Source: an uncultured PS1 clade bacterium
GTDB taxonomy: Bacteria; Pseudomonadota; Alphaproteobacteria; MED-G09
Assembly (NCBI GenBank): GCA_902608415.1
Contig: CACLNZ010000002.1
Location: forward strand, 25,861 to 89,860
Length of the DNA stretch: 64,000 bases
Direction: 5' to 3'
Part shown: positions 46,181 to 55,464 of the stretch, piece after piece
Layout of the letters: every line of letters begins with the position of its first letter
Position numbering within the stretch: the first letter of the stretch is position 1
The notes under the pieces: model-generated
Database searches by the model: none
Told to the model about the DNA's origin: nothing
Seen by the model: the letters and a program-made list of their open reading frames with translations, nothing else
Translations under genes and position numbers: made by a program

Positions 46181-49015
46181 TTAGTCCTTACCTAGAGTTA
46201 AATCGATTAATCTTTTTTGTTGTTCAATATGTATTTTCATTTGCCCTACAGCTGGAGCAGATGATGGCGGCCTACTCATCAATCTAAATTCTTTCTTTAA
46301 ACCAACATTATCTAGGACTCTATTTAATCTATGTCTTTGACCATACCATGCTCCCTGATTTCTTGGCTCCTCCTGGCACCAAATAAATTCTGAAGCATTT
46401 TTATATTTGCTTAATATTTTTTCAGTTTCTTTATAAGGAAATGGATATAATTGCTCTAACCGAATAATTGCTACATCACTTTGATTATTTTCATCTTTTT
46501 GTTTTTTTAGATCATGGTATATCTTTCCACTACAAAGAATTACCTTTCTTAGTTTTTTTGTTAAATTTGACTCATCATCAAAAATATTTTGAAATTTTCC
46601 TGATGTAACTTCATCAATATTTGAAGATGCATGTTTATTTCTTAACAAACTCTTAGGAGTAATAACAATAAGAGGTGTTCTAAAATTTCTAATAGCTTGT
46701 CTTCTTAGAAGATGAAACATTTGGGCCGCTGTACTAGGCATACATATTTGTATGTTTTGTTCAGCACATAACTGAAGAAATCGCTCTATACGAGCGCTAC
46801 TATGCTCAGGCCCCATACCCTCATATCCATGCGGTAATAAAAGAACTAAACCTGATAATCTTTCCCACTTATGCTGTGCGCTTGCAATAAATTGGTCTAT
46901 TACAACTTGGGCTCCATTAGAAAAATCACCAAATTGGGCTTCCCAAATCACTAGACCGGTTGGCCATGTTGAAGCGTAACCATACTCAAAGCCTAAGACT
47001 GCCTCCTCTGATAATATTGAGTCATAGATTCCAATGTTTGTATTTCCTTTTTCTGCAAATTTATTCAATGGATAATAAGTTCTCCCATCCTCTTGATCAA
47101 ACATCACAGCGTGTCTGTGATCAAATGTTCCTCTTCTTATATCTTGGCCACTAAATCTAATTGGGTATCCTTCACGCAAAAGACTCGAATATGCAGCAAT
47201 CTCAGCAAATCCCCAGTTAAAATTCAGCTTTCCTTCAGCCATGTCTATTCTTTGCTTAATTATATTTTTGACTTTTTTTTGTAAAGTAAAGCCATTTGGA
47301 ATATTAGCGACTGTTCGAGCATCACTAATAAGTTGATCTTGTTTGACAGCTGTATCAGTATTTTCATCCCACTTAGCATCAATGAACTGGTCCCAATCAA
47401 ACCATAAGTCATCATTTTTTATTTCGGATAAATTATGAGCAACGCTTTCACCTTTTTCAATTGCTGATCTATAAGATTTTTTAAATTCATCAAACTCTTC
47501 CAAAGTAATATCATTATTTTGGATTAATTTATCTTTATACAATTTCAATACAGATGGATGCTGTTTAATTTTCTTATACATTACTGGTTGCGTTGAAGAT
47601 GGATCATCTGCTTCATTATGGCCGCTTCTTCGGTAACCAACTAGATCAATAACAACATCTTTCTTAAATTCTTCACGATAATCTGAAGCTAATTTAGATA
47701 CATAAATTACTGCTTCGGGGTCATCAGCATTTACATGAAAAATTGGTACCTCAATAAACTTTGCTACATCTGTTGAATATCTTGTTGAACGTGAATCCTT
47801 TGGGTTATCAGTTGTGAATCCTATTTGATTATTTATGATAACATGGATAGTACCTCCAACTCCATATCCTCTAGTTTGTGACATTTGAAGTGTTTCCATA
47901 ACAACTCCCTGCCCACTAAATGAAGCATCACCATGAATTAGGATTGGTACAGCTTTATTTCTTTCTCTATCATTTAATCTATCTTGTCTTGCTCGAACAG
48001 ATCCAATTACAACTGGATCTACTATTTCTAAATGTGATGGATTATTCATTAAAGAGACATGAACATCACCATTAGTCGTACTTATATTTGATGAGAATCC
48101 TAAATGATATTTAACATCACCAGTATTGGTGCCTTTAAGGTCATAATTTTCTTCAAATTCGGCAAATAAATCTTTTGGTTTTTTTCCTAAGATATTTATC
48201 AGTAAATTTAATCTCCCTCTATGAGCCATTCCAAAACAAATTTGTTCAGCACTGTTTTTTGATGTCTGCTCAATTAAGGTATCCATTAGAGGTATTAAAG
48301 ATTCACATCCGTCTATCCCAAATCTTTTCATGCCAGGGTATTTTGCAGATAAATATTTTGCCAAACCTCTTGCAGAAATTAGTCTTTTCAAAATAAAGAT
48401 TTTTTCTTCTAAATTTATTTTTTTGTAATCATTATTTTCAAATCTATCTATTATCCAATTTCTCTCTCTTTCGTCAGATATATGAGAAAATTCTAGACCT
48501 ATGTTGCCACCATATTTTTTTGTAATGGAATCCTTTAACTCTTTTAAAAAGATTTTATTTTTTGAACCTTTAGGATAATCATTTCCAACACGTTCTTCAA
48601 GATTTGTGTTTTCCAATAATTTTTCAGCATAAATCAAATCAATATGAATATCTTTCTGAGCTAATTGGAGCGGATCTAATTCGGCAGCTGTATGGCCAAA
48701 GCTTCTATAGGCATCAATATAGTAATTAACCTTGCCATAAACAGTTAATGGTAATGTTTTTTGAAAGTATCCATTACTAATCTTTTTATATTCTTTTTTA
48801 TTATTTTTATTCTTTCTTAATTTATTCTTAAAACTATCTACAACTTCTGAATAGATAACATCATCTTTATAACCGCCTGTCTCAGAAAGAGATGCAAAAA
48901 GATCTTTCCAATCATTTGATATGACATCCGGATTATTTAAAAAAGTTTCATAAAGCTTATCAAGATAGGATAAATGACCGCCTGACAAATGGGAATCAGA
49001 ATAATGTTCTTCCAT
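46181..49015 (-). CDS. sucA: 2-oxoglutarate dehydrogenase E1 component
   Basis: The ORF is open to 49171. MEEHYSDSHLSGGHLSYLDKLYETF (ATG 49015) matches the usual SucA N-terminus, and ATG 49084 is an alternative. E1o blocks GMAHRGRLN and HGDA.F.GQG are present. Confidence 0.9.
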   Translation of the reverse strand: MEEHYSDSHLSGGHLSYLDKLYETFLNNPDVISNDWKDLFASLSETGGYKDDVIYSEVVDSFKNKLRKNKNNKKEYKKISNGYFQKTLPLTVYGKVNYYIDAYRSFGHTAAELDPLQLAQKDIHIDLIYAEKLLENTNLEERVGNDYPKGSKNKIFLKELKDSITKKYGGNIGLEFSHISDERERNWIIDRFENNDYKKINLEEKIFILKRLISARGLAKYLSAKYPGMKRFGIDGCESLIPLMDTLIEQTSKNSAEQICFGMAHRGRLNLLINILGKKPKDLFAEFEENYDLKGTNTGDVKYHLGFSSNISTTNGDVHVSLMNNPSHLEIVDPVVIGSVRARQDRLNDRERNKAVPILIHGDASFSGQGVVMETLQMSQTRGYGVGGTIHVIINNQIGFTTDNPKDSRSTRYSTDVAKFIEVPIFHVNADDPEAVIYVSKLASDYREEFKKDVVIDLVGYRRSGHNEADDPSSTQPVMYKKIKQHPSVLKLYKDKLIQNNDITLEEFDEFKKSYRSAIEKGESVAHNLSEIKNDDLWFDWDQFIDAKWDENTDTAVKQDQLISDARTVANIPNGFTLQKKVKNIIKQRIDMAEGKLNFNWGFAEIAAYSSLLREGYPIRFSGQDIRRGTFDHRHAVMFDQEDGRTYYPLNKFAEKGNTNIGIYDSILSEEAVLGFEYGYASTWPTGLVIWEAQFGDFSNGAQVVIDQFIASAQHKWERLSGLVLLLPHGYEGMGPEHSSARIERFLQLCAEQNIQICMPSTAAQMFHLLRRQAIRNFRTPLIVITPKSLLRNKHASSNIDEVTSGKFQNIFDDESNLTKKLRKVILCSGKIYHDLKKQKDENNQSDVAIIRLEQLYPFPYKETEKILSKYKNASEFIWCQEEPRNQGAWYGQRHRLNRVLDNVGLKKEFRLMSRPPSSAPAVGQMKIHIEQQKRLIDLTLGKD

Positions 49016-49201
49016 AGTTTTGTTAAAACTACTTTTACTCTTTTTACCTTTATTTTTATTACTAGAGTTTATTTCAGGTTTCATCCGAAGGCCTTTATAA
49101 TAGTCCTCCCCCTGAACCATAAAAATTCCAAAATTTCTACAATTAATAAATCTGACTGCTGTAATAGTCAATAATCTTCGGGAACTGTGACAAATGATTA
49201 T

Positions 49202-49582
49202 TTAGCCAAGTATTCTCGAAGTTTCTTCCTCGTAAGCCTTCATATCAAAATAATCTCGCCAATTACAAATAAGGCCATCTTTAAACTCCATTACACCCAT
49301 TACTAAAATACTCATCCATTGACCATTTATTTCAAATCTATCAGTTCTTTCAGTTAATACTACTCCATCCTCATTTTCTGCTATTTGATGAACTATCCAT
49401 TCAATATTTGTAGCCATTTGCACAAATGGCTCCAAGTTAGCTCTAATCGCATCTTTACCTGTTTGAGGTTCCATGGGAATATTATGATAAAAACAATCAT
49501 CAGATAATGAGTTCATAATTCCTTCAATATCTCTATTGTTCCAATGATTAATAAAATCCGTTACTTTTTCTTGATTGCTCAT
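49202..49582 (-). CDS. NTF2-like protein, limonene-1,2-epoxide hydrolase (LEH/SnoaL) family
   Basis: 126 aa. Its C-terminal ...FKDGLICNWRDYFD matches the LEH-family signature as I recall it. Confidence 0.6.
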   Translation of the reverse strand: MSNQEKVTDFINHWNNRDIEGIMNSLSDDCFYHNIPMEPQTGKDAIRANLEPFVQMATNIEWIVHQIAENEDGVVLTERTDRFEINGQWMSILVMGVMEFKDGLICNWRDYFDMKAYEEETSRILG

Positions 49583-51102
49583 TTTATCTCCTTAAAAATC
49601 TTATTGTATTTTTCTTTTAAAGCCTTCTTTTGTACCTTGCCCATAGCATTTCTTGGTAATTCATCTAACCAAATATATCTGGCAGGACATTTAAATTTTG
49701 CAATAGATTTTAACAGTATTTCTTCAATGCTGTCATCTGAAATGATATCTTTAGCTTCATTGGAAATTAAAATTGCAACTACTGCTTCTCCTAAATCATC
49801 ATGAGGGCAACCAATCACTGCGCTTTCCTGAATGCCATCAATTTCATCTAAAATTACTTCTATTTCTTTGGGATAAATATTATACCCACCTGAAATTAAC
49901 ATATCATTAGATCTGCCAAATAAAGTTAGCCTTCCTTCGTAATCTAACTCACCAATATCACCAGTTATAAAAAATCCATCCAACCTGAAGTCTTTTTTTG
50001 TTTTCTCTTCCAATCGCCAATATCCACTGAAAACATTTGGTCCCTTTACTTCAACAATCCCTCGGCTATCTGCCGGTAGAATCTCGCCTGTTTCATCAGA
50101 CACTCTTATCTCTATATCTGGTAAAGCAAATCCTACAGTTCCTGCAATTCTATCGCCATTTAAAGGATTAGATGTAATCATTCCAGTTTCTGACATTCCA
50201 TATCTTTCAAGTATATTGTGATCTGTTCGTTTCTTAAATTCTAAAAATACTTTATCTGTAAGTGGGGCAGATCCAGAAATAAATAATCGTATATTCTTAC
50301 ATGTACTTTTATTAAAATTATCCTTAGATAATAATCTACTGTAATAAGTTGGAACTCCCATCATAACTGTTGCATCTGTTAGCCTTTTAATTAAGGCATC
50401 AGGAGAAAATTTTTGGAAAAAAATTATCTTAGACCCACTTAAAAGAATTGTATGAAGAGCAACAAATAGACCGTGAACATGAAATATTGGAAGAGCGTGA
50501 ATCAAAATATCACTTTCATTGAAACCCCAAGCATTAACAAGTGCATTACCATTAGATTCTAAATTTCTATGAGTTATCATAGCTCCTTTAGATTTTCCTG
50601 TTGTTCCTGAAGTAAATATTATCGAAGCAATATCATTTGAATCTAATTCTTCTATATCATGGTCTTCTTTTAATTCAGTAATTTCATCAGTAAGCTCTGT
50701 ATTCTCTGCATCTAGAATAAATGTTTTTATATTAGGAAAATCTATTACTAAGTCTTTATACTCATCAAACTTACTGATACTCAAAAATATTAATTGAGGC
50801 TCTACATTATTGATAAAATATTTCATTTCATTTAATGTATAAGCAGTATTTAAAGGAATATAAATTATCCCTTTCTTTAAACAGCTGAGATAGAGAGCTA
50901 CAGAGTGAACAGATTTTTCAGCTTGAACAATAATTCTACTTCCTTTTTTTAAACCAAGATCTTTTAAAAAAGTTGAAAATTGAGAAGTTAATTTTTTTAT
51001 ATCAATATATTTCCATTTTTCTCCAGATTCCTCTTCAATGAAAATATTGTCTGAGTATTTGTTAAAATTATCATTGAGAATTCTGTAAAAATTTTGATTC
51101 AT
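49579..51102 (-). CDS. AMP-dependent acyl-CoA synthetase (MatB/malonyl-CoA synthetase-like)
   Basis: 507 aa. AMP-binding motif IFTSGTTGKSKG, YGMSET, TGD and C-terminal GKVQK. Confidence 0.75.
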   Translation of the reverse strand: MNQNFYRILNDNFNKYSDNIFIEEESGEKWKYIDIKKLTSQFSTFLKDLGLKKGSRIIVQAEKSVHSVALYLSCLKKGIIYIPLNTAYTLNEMKYFINNVEPQLIFLSISKFDEYKDLVIDFPNIKTFILDAENTELTDEITELKEDHDIEELDSNDIASIIFTSGTTGKSKGAMITHRNLESNGNALVNAWGFNESDILIHALPIFHVHGLFVALHTILLSGSKIIFFQKFSPDALIKRLTDATVMMGVPTYYSRLLSKDNFNKSTCKNIRLFISGSAPLTDKVFLEFKKRTDHNILERYGMSETGMITSNPLNGDRIAGTVGFALPDIEIRVSDETGEILPADSRGIVEVKGPNVFSGYWRLEEKTKKDFRLDGFFITGDIGELDYEGRLTLFGRSNDMLISGGYNIYPKEIEVILDEIDGIQESAVIGCPHDDLGEAVVAILISNEAKDIISDDSIEEILLKSIAKFKCPARYIWLDELPRNAMGKVQKKALKEKYNKIFKEIK

Positions 51103-51111
51103 AATGCATAT

Positions 51112-52809
51112 TCAGTTAATAGGAATAACCAAACCTTCCCTTCTTGAGTCAGCCCCTCCGATATATCCTTCCTCGACTTTTTTGGCTGCGTGTAGACCGC
51201 TTCTTTTTCTTTTGATGGAAACTTTATGGCCTATTGCCTCAAGAAACTTTTGATGCCTCTCAAGTTCAGTGCCTTTTTCCAATTCAGTTACATCTTTTTT
51301 TCTCATATAATGTGGTATATCTAATGATTCTTGAGGAGTCATGCCCCAGTCAAGCAGACCTAAAATCGACTTAGCAACATACCCAATAATACTAGTTCCT
51401 CCTGGAGAACCAGTTAAAGAATGAATTTTGTTATCTTTATCAAAAATTATTGTTGGTGACATTGAGGATAAAGGACGCTTTCCTGCTTCAACTCTATTAG
51501 CTGTTGGAGCGCCATCATAATGTGGTAGAAATGAAAAATCTGTTAATTCATTATTTAGCATAAATCCTCCAGTCATAAGATGGCTTCCAAAAGGACCTTC
51601 AATTGTCGATGTCATTGAAATTGCATTTCCGTATAAATCTACAATCACAAGGTGGCTTGTTGAATCTCTCGATATATCTACATTTTCAGAATATTTTTTT
51701 GCTCCTTCAGGTTTTCCTGGCTTAGGATTACGTATTGAGCTGGTCTCGTTAACAATACTAACTCTGTCTCGTAGATATTTTTCACTTAACAAACCATCAA
51801 TCGGAATATTGACATAATCAGGATCTGCAAGAAAAAAATTTCTATCGATGTATGTAAGAGCACTTATTTCTGAGTAAAGATGAATAAATTCAGGAGATGT
51901 TGGCTGAAAAGATTTAACATCATAGTTTTCAAGCATTTTTAAAATCATGAAAACAGAGATATTGCCAGCAGGAGGCGGCATACCACAAAGTTTGTGCTCT
52001 CTATATTTAACACATAAGGGATCTCGCCAGACTACATTATAATTCTGAAAATCTTCTAAAGTTAATATATCTGAAACATTATCCGAATTATTAACTGTAT
52101 TTATAATCATTTGAGCCGTTTCGCCTTCATAGAAATCGTCGGCTCCATTTTTAGAAAGTCTTTTTAAAGTTTTTGCATATTCTTGATTGATTAAAATAGA
52201 GCCAATTTTTATCGGCTCAAGTTGATTAAGATTGTTCTTTTCAAAATATAAAGATGATGCTGGTTCAACTGTTTTAAGATAGCGCATATATTGGAGAGTG
52301 TTATGAAGAGCAGGAGATACAATAAAGCCTTCTTCAGCAATTTTTATTGGTTCAATGAATAATTCTTCCCATTCAAGTTTTCCAAATTTTTTATGAGTCT
52401 CTTCCATTAATTTAATTAGACCAGGGACACCAACCGATTTTCCATTAATAACGGCATCAGGATAAAATTTAATAGCCTTACTATTTCTATCAGTAAATAA
52501 ATTTGGTCCCGCTGATTTTGGGGCAATCTCTCTTCCATCAATTGCATGTAATTGTGAATTAGAGTTATCCCAATAAAGCATAAAACCTCCGCCACCAATT
52601 CCTGTAGACTGAGGAGTTGTCATTGTTAGAATAAGTTGAGCAGTTATCGCAGCATCTAATGCTGTACCACCTTCTTTTATTATTTTTGCAGCTGCTTCAG
52701 AAGCATACTTGTTAGCAGTTACAACTATCGCTTTTGAAGGCTCAGATGCTTCAACAATTGGTATTAAGATAACTAAAAAGACTATTATTATTTTATAAAA
52801 ATTTTTCAT
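51112..52809 (-). CDS. ggt: gamma-glutamyltransferase
   Basis: 565 aa. It has a signal peptide, the autoprocessing site ...DSTSHLVIVD and GSPGGTSII near the C-terminus. Confidence 0.9.
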   Translation of the reverse strand: MKNFYKIIIVFLVILIPIVEASEPSKAIVVTANKYASEAAAKIIKEGGTALDAAITAQLILTMTTPQSTGIGGGGFMLYWDNSNSQLHAIDGREIAPKSAGPNLFTDRNSKAIKFYPDAVINGKSVGVPGLIKLMEETHKKFGKLEWEELFIEPIKIAEEGFIVSPALHNTLQYMRYLKTVEPASSLYFEKNNLNQLEPIKIGSILINQEYAKTLKRLSKNGADDFYEGETAQMIINTVNNSDNVSDILTLEDFQNYNVVWRDPLCVKYREHKLCGMPPPAGNISVFMILKMLENYDVKSFQPTSPEFIHLYSEISALTYIDRNFFLADPDYVNIPIDGLLSEKYLRDRVSIVNETSSIRNPKPGKPEGAKKYSENVDISRDSTSHLVIVDLYGNAISMTSTIEGPFGSHLMTGGFMLNNELTDFSFLPHYDGAPTANRVEAGKRPLSSMSPTIIFDKDNKIHSLTGSPGGTSIIGYVAKSILGLLDWGMTPQESLDIPHYMRKKDVTELEKGTELERHQKFLEAIGHKVSIKRKRSGLHAAKKVEEGYIGGADSRREGLVIPIN

Positions 52810-52870
52810 CAGATAATGCTTAATCTAATTATTAATATACAAATACACCAGCTTTGTTTAGTTTCCAAAT

Positions 52871-53875
52871 ATGTTTTATTCTGGAGAAAATAATCTAATT
52901 ACTGATGTTGATGGTATTTTAGTTGGTAATGCAGAAGATAAAGAAGTAGGAACTGGAACAACCATACTTATCCCCCCAATAGGTAGTACAGCTGGGGCAG
53001 ATGTAAGAGGTGGCGCCCCTGGAACAAGAGAAGTTGGAGCATTGAATCCTTATAATCTGGTAGATACGATTGATGCAATTGTTCTTTCAGGTGGTTCAGC
53101 TTGGGGTTTAGAAGCAGCAAGTAGTGCTGCAAATTTTATTGGAAAAAGTGGTCGAGGATTTAAAACATCAGAAAATATAAAAAATGTTCCTATGGTCCCT
53201 GCAGCTATATTATTTGATCTAAATAATGGCGGAAATAAAGATTGGGGTGATGAAGCTCCATATAATAATCTCGGAATTGAAGCCTCAAATAGAGCTTCAG
53301 AAAAATTTGAACTAGGTAATGTTGGCGCTGGATATGGTGCTAAAGCAGGATCTTTAAAAGGCGGTTTGGGAAGCGCTAGTTTTGAAAATGAAGAAGGATT
53401 AAAAATTGGTGGTTTATTTGCAGTCAATAGTTTTGGATCAGTTATTAATTATGAAACTGGACAATTTTGGGGCGCAAGTGACGAGTTAAATAATGAGTTT
53501 GGTGGAATGGGTGCTCCACAAAAGTTGCCAGAAGATATTTTGTCTGGATCTTCAATTGGTCATGCACTTGAAAAAAATAATACAACGATTGGTATCGTTG
53601 CTACAAATGCTAGATTAGACGCCAAAACTGCAAAAAGGATCGCGATCATGTCGCATACTGGTATGGCAAGAGCTATAAGACCCATTCATACACCTGTTGA
53701 TGGCGATGTTATATTTGTAGTAAGTACAAATACTTTTGATAAAGAATTAAATTACAGAGAAATAAATGAAATTGGTGAATTAGGTGCAAGGGTTTGCTCT
53801 CGATCAATATCAAGAGCTATATATGAAGCTGACAAGCTATACGAAATGCAATCTTGGAAAGATAAATATACTTAA
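52871..53875 (+). CDS. P1/S58 family peptidase (DmpA/L-aminopeptidase-D-esterase-like)
   Basis: 334 aa. NLITDVDGILVGN, GTGTTILI and LSGGSAWGL blocks are typical of the DmpA family. Confidence 0.75.
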   Translation: MFYSGENNLITDVDGILVGNAEDKEVGTGTTILIPPIGSTAGADVRGGAPGTREVGALNPYNLVDTIDAIVLSGGSAWGLEAASSAANFIGKSGRGFKTSENIKNVPMVPAAILFDLNNGGNKDWGDEAPYNNLGIEASNRASEKFELGNVGAGYGAKAGSLKGGLGSASFENEEGLKIGGLFAVNSFGSVINYETGQFWGASDELNNEFGGMGAPQKLPEDILSGSSIGHALEKNNTTIGIVATNARLDAKTAKRIAIMSHTGMARAIRPIHTPVDGDVIFVVSTNTFDKELNYREINEIGELGARVCSRSISRAIYEADKLYEMQSWKDKYT

Positions 53876-53911
53876 TTTAAATTATTTATAATTCATTTAT
53901 AATGTTATTAA

Positions 53912-53988
53912 GCGCCGGTAGCTCAGCTGGATAGAGCACCAGACTACGAATCTGGGGGTCGGGAGTTCGAATCTTCCCCGGCGCGCCA
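53912..53988 (+). tRNA. tRNA-Arg (anticodon ACG)
   Basis: 77-nt cloverleaf: acceptor GCGCCGG/CCGGCGC, anticodon stem CCAGA/TCTGG with loop CTACGAA, T-loop TTCGAAT and encoded CCA. Confidence 0.95.
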
Positions 53989-53999
53989 TTGGAGAAAAG

Positions 54000-54872
54000 A
54001 TGTTTGATTCAGTAATTATAATTCTTCTTATAATCGCCTTAATAATAATTGTGTTACTTAGATCCCCACAAAGAAAAAGTGAATCTCTACTTGGTGAAAC
54101 AATTAAAAAACAGGAAGAAAATCTATTATCACTTAATAATGATATTCAGGCTTTTAAGGAGCCTATAGGAAGATTGAGAAATTTCTTGTCAGGTTCGACT
54201 TCGGCGGGTTCGTTCGGTGAATGGAATTTAAAATCAATTTTAGAGGATGTTTTTTCAAAAGATCAATACCGAGAAAATGTAGAAATTATTCCAAATTCTG
54301 GAAAATATGTAGAGTTTGCTGTAGTTTTACAGGATGGTCTTTTAATGCCTATTGATGCAAAATTTCCGTCAGGAATTTATGATAAATACCTTAATGCTGC
54401 AGAAAAGTTAGATAAAAAATTAGTAGATGAATCTGAAAAAGAGATTATCAGACATATAAAAAAAGAGGCTAAATCAATTAGTTCCAAATATTTACTAGAG
54501 GGAGTTACTACTGATTATGCGATTCTGTACTTGCCTAGTGAAAGTTTATTCCAACTAGTGATGAATTTAAATATCAAAGAGAGCATTCTTAAAGAGGATA
54601 GAATATTTATTTTGGGCCCAAACTCTTTAGCTGCTTACATTATAAGTATACAGATGGGCTTTAGAACACTTACTCTTAATAAAAGAACCTCAGAAATAAT
54701 TAAAGAATTTGGAATATTCAAAAAAGAATTTGAAAATTTTAGTAATTCAACAGAAGAATTAAGAAAAAAAGCTTCAGCAATGATAAAGGTTATCGATGAA
54801 CATGAAACAAGAGAAAAACAGATGAGTCGTTCAGTTGAGAGGATGGAAAAATTTAAAAATGATAATGAATAA
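54000..54872 (+). CDS. rmuC: DNA recombination protein RmuC (short form)
   Basis: 290 aa. N-terminal TM helix followed by VEFAV..P.DAKFP and YLPSESLF blocks of RmuC. The usual long coiled-coil is largely missing. Confidence 0.75.
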   Translation: MFDSVIIILLIIALIIIVLLRSPQRKSESLLGETIKKQEENLLSLNNDIQAFKEPIGRLRNFLSGSTSAGSFGEWNLKSILEDVFSKDQYRENVEIIPNSGKYVEFAVVLQDGLLMPIDAKFPSGIYDKYLNAAEKLDKKLVDESEKEIIRHIKKEAKSISSKYLLEGVTTDYAILYLPSESLFQLVMNLNIKESILKEDRIFILGPNSLAAYIISIQMGFRTLTLNKRTSEIIKEFGIFKKEFENFSNSTEELRKKASAMIKVIDEHETREKQMSRSVERMEKFKNDNE

Positions 54873-54889
54873 ATTTTTTAAACGGCTAT

Positions 54890-54918
54890 TTGACTTAAGA
54901 AGATCTTGGGCTTATAAC
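54890..54918 (+). promoter_or_regulatory. sigma-70-like promoter for rpmH-rnpA-yidC
   Basis: TTGACT (54890-54895), 17-nt spacer, TATAAC (54913-54918), about 30 nt upstream of the rpmH ATG. Confidence 0.4.
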
Positions 54919-54948
54919 CCAAAATGTTGTTAACCCTAGGGGATTATT

Positions 54949-55083
54949 ATGAAAAGAACTTTCCAACCAAGTAATATTGTTAGAAAGAGAAGACACGGCT
55001 TTAGATCCAGAATGGCTACAGTTGGTGGTCGTAAGGTCTTATCCAACCGAAGAGCTAAAGGCAGGAAAAGACTCTCTGCTTAA
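54949..55083 (+). CDS. rpmH: 50S ribosomal protein L34
   Basis: 44-aa ORF below the ORF-track cut-off: [44 protein letters not shown]. It directly precedes rnpA. Confidence 0.95.
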   Translation: MKRTFQPSNIVRKRRHGFRSRMATVGGRKVLSNRRAKGRKRLSA

Positions 55084-55089
55084 ATTTAG

Positions 55090-55464
55090 ATGACAACAAA
55101 GCAAAAAGAACAAAAAAAAACTTCAAAACATCAGAAAATCGATAAAATAACTAAGCGATCAGATTATTTGCGTGCATCTAAATCAAAATATTTTAGATCA
55201 AATTCTTTTATAATTCAGTTTTATAATAGAACAGATGATTTAGAACCAAGATATGGAGTTACCGCAACAAAAAAAATAGGTAATGCAATTAAGAGAAATA
55301 AAGCAAAACGAAGAATAAGAAATCTAGTAAAAGATTTACTTCCAAAATATGGAAAAAATGGTTACGACTATGTTTTTATCGCGAAAGAAAATTTAATAAA
55401 TGAGGATTGGAAAGTCTTAAAAGAAGAATCCACATCTGTTTTGAAAGATCTTAAATATGAATGA
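55090..55464 (+). CDS. rnpA: ribonuclease P protein component
   Basis: 124 aa, basic, with the AIKRNKAKRRIR RNR-type motif, between rpmH and yidC. Confidence 0.85.
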   Translation: MTTKQKEQKKTSKHQKIDKITKRSDYLRASKSKYFRSNSFIIQFYNRTDDLEPRYGVTATKKIGNAIKRNKAKRRIRNLVKDLLPKYGKNGYDYVFIAKENLINEDWKVLKEESTSVLKDLKYE

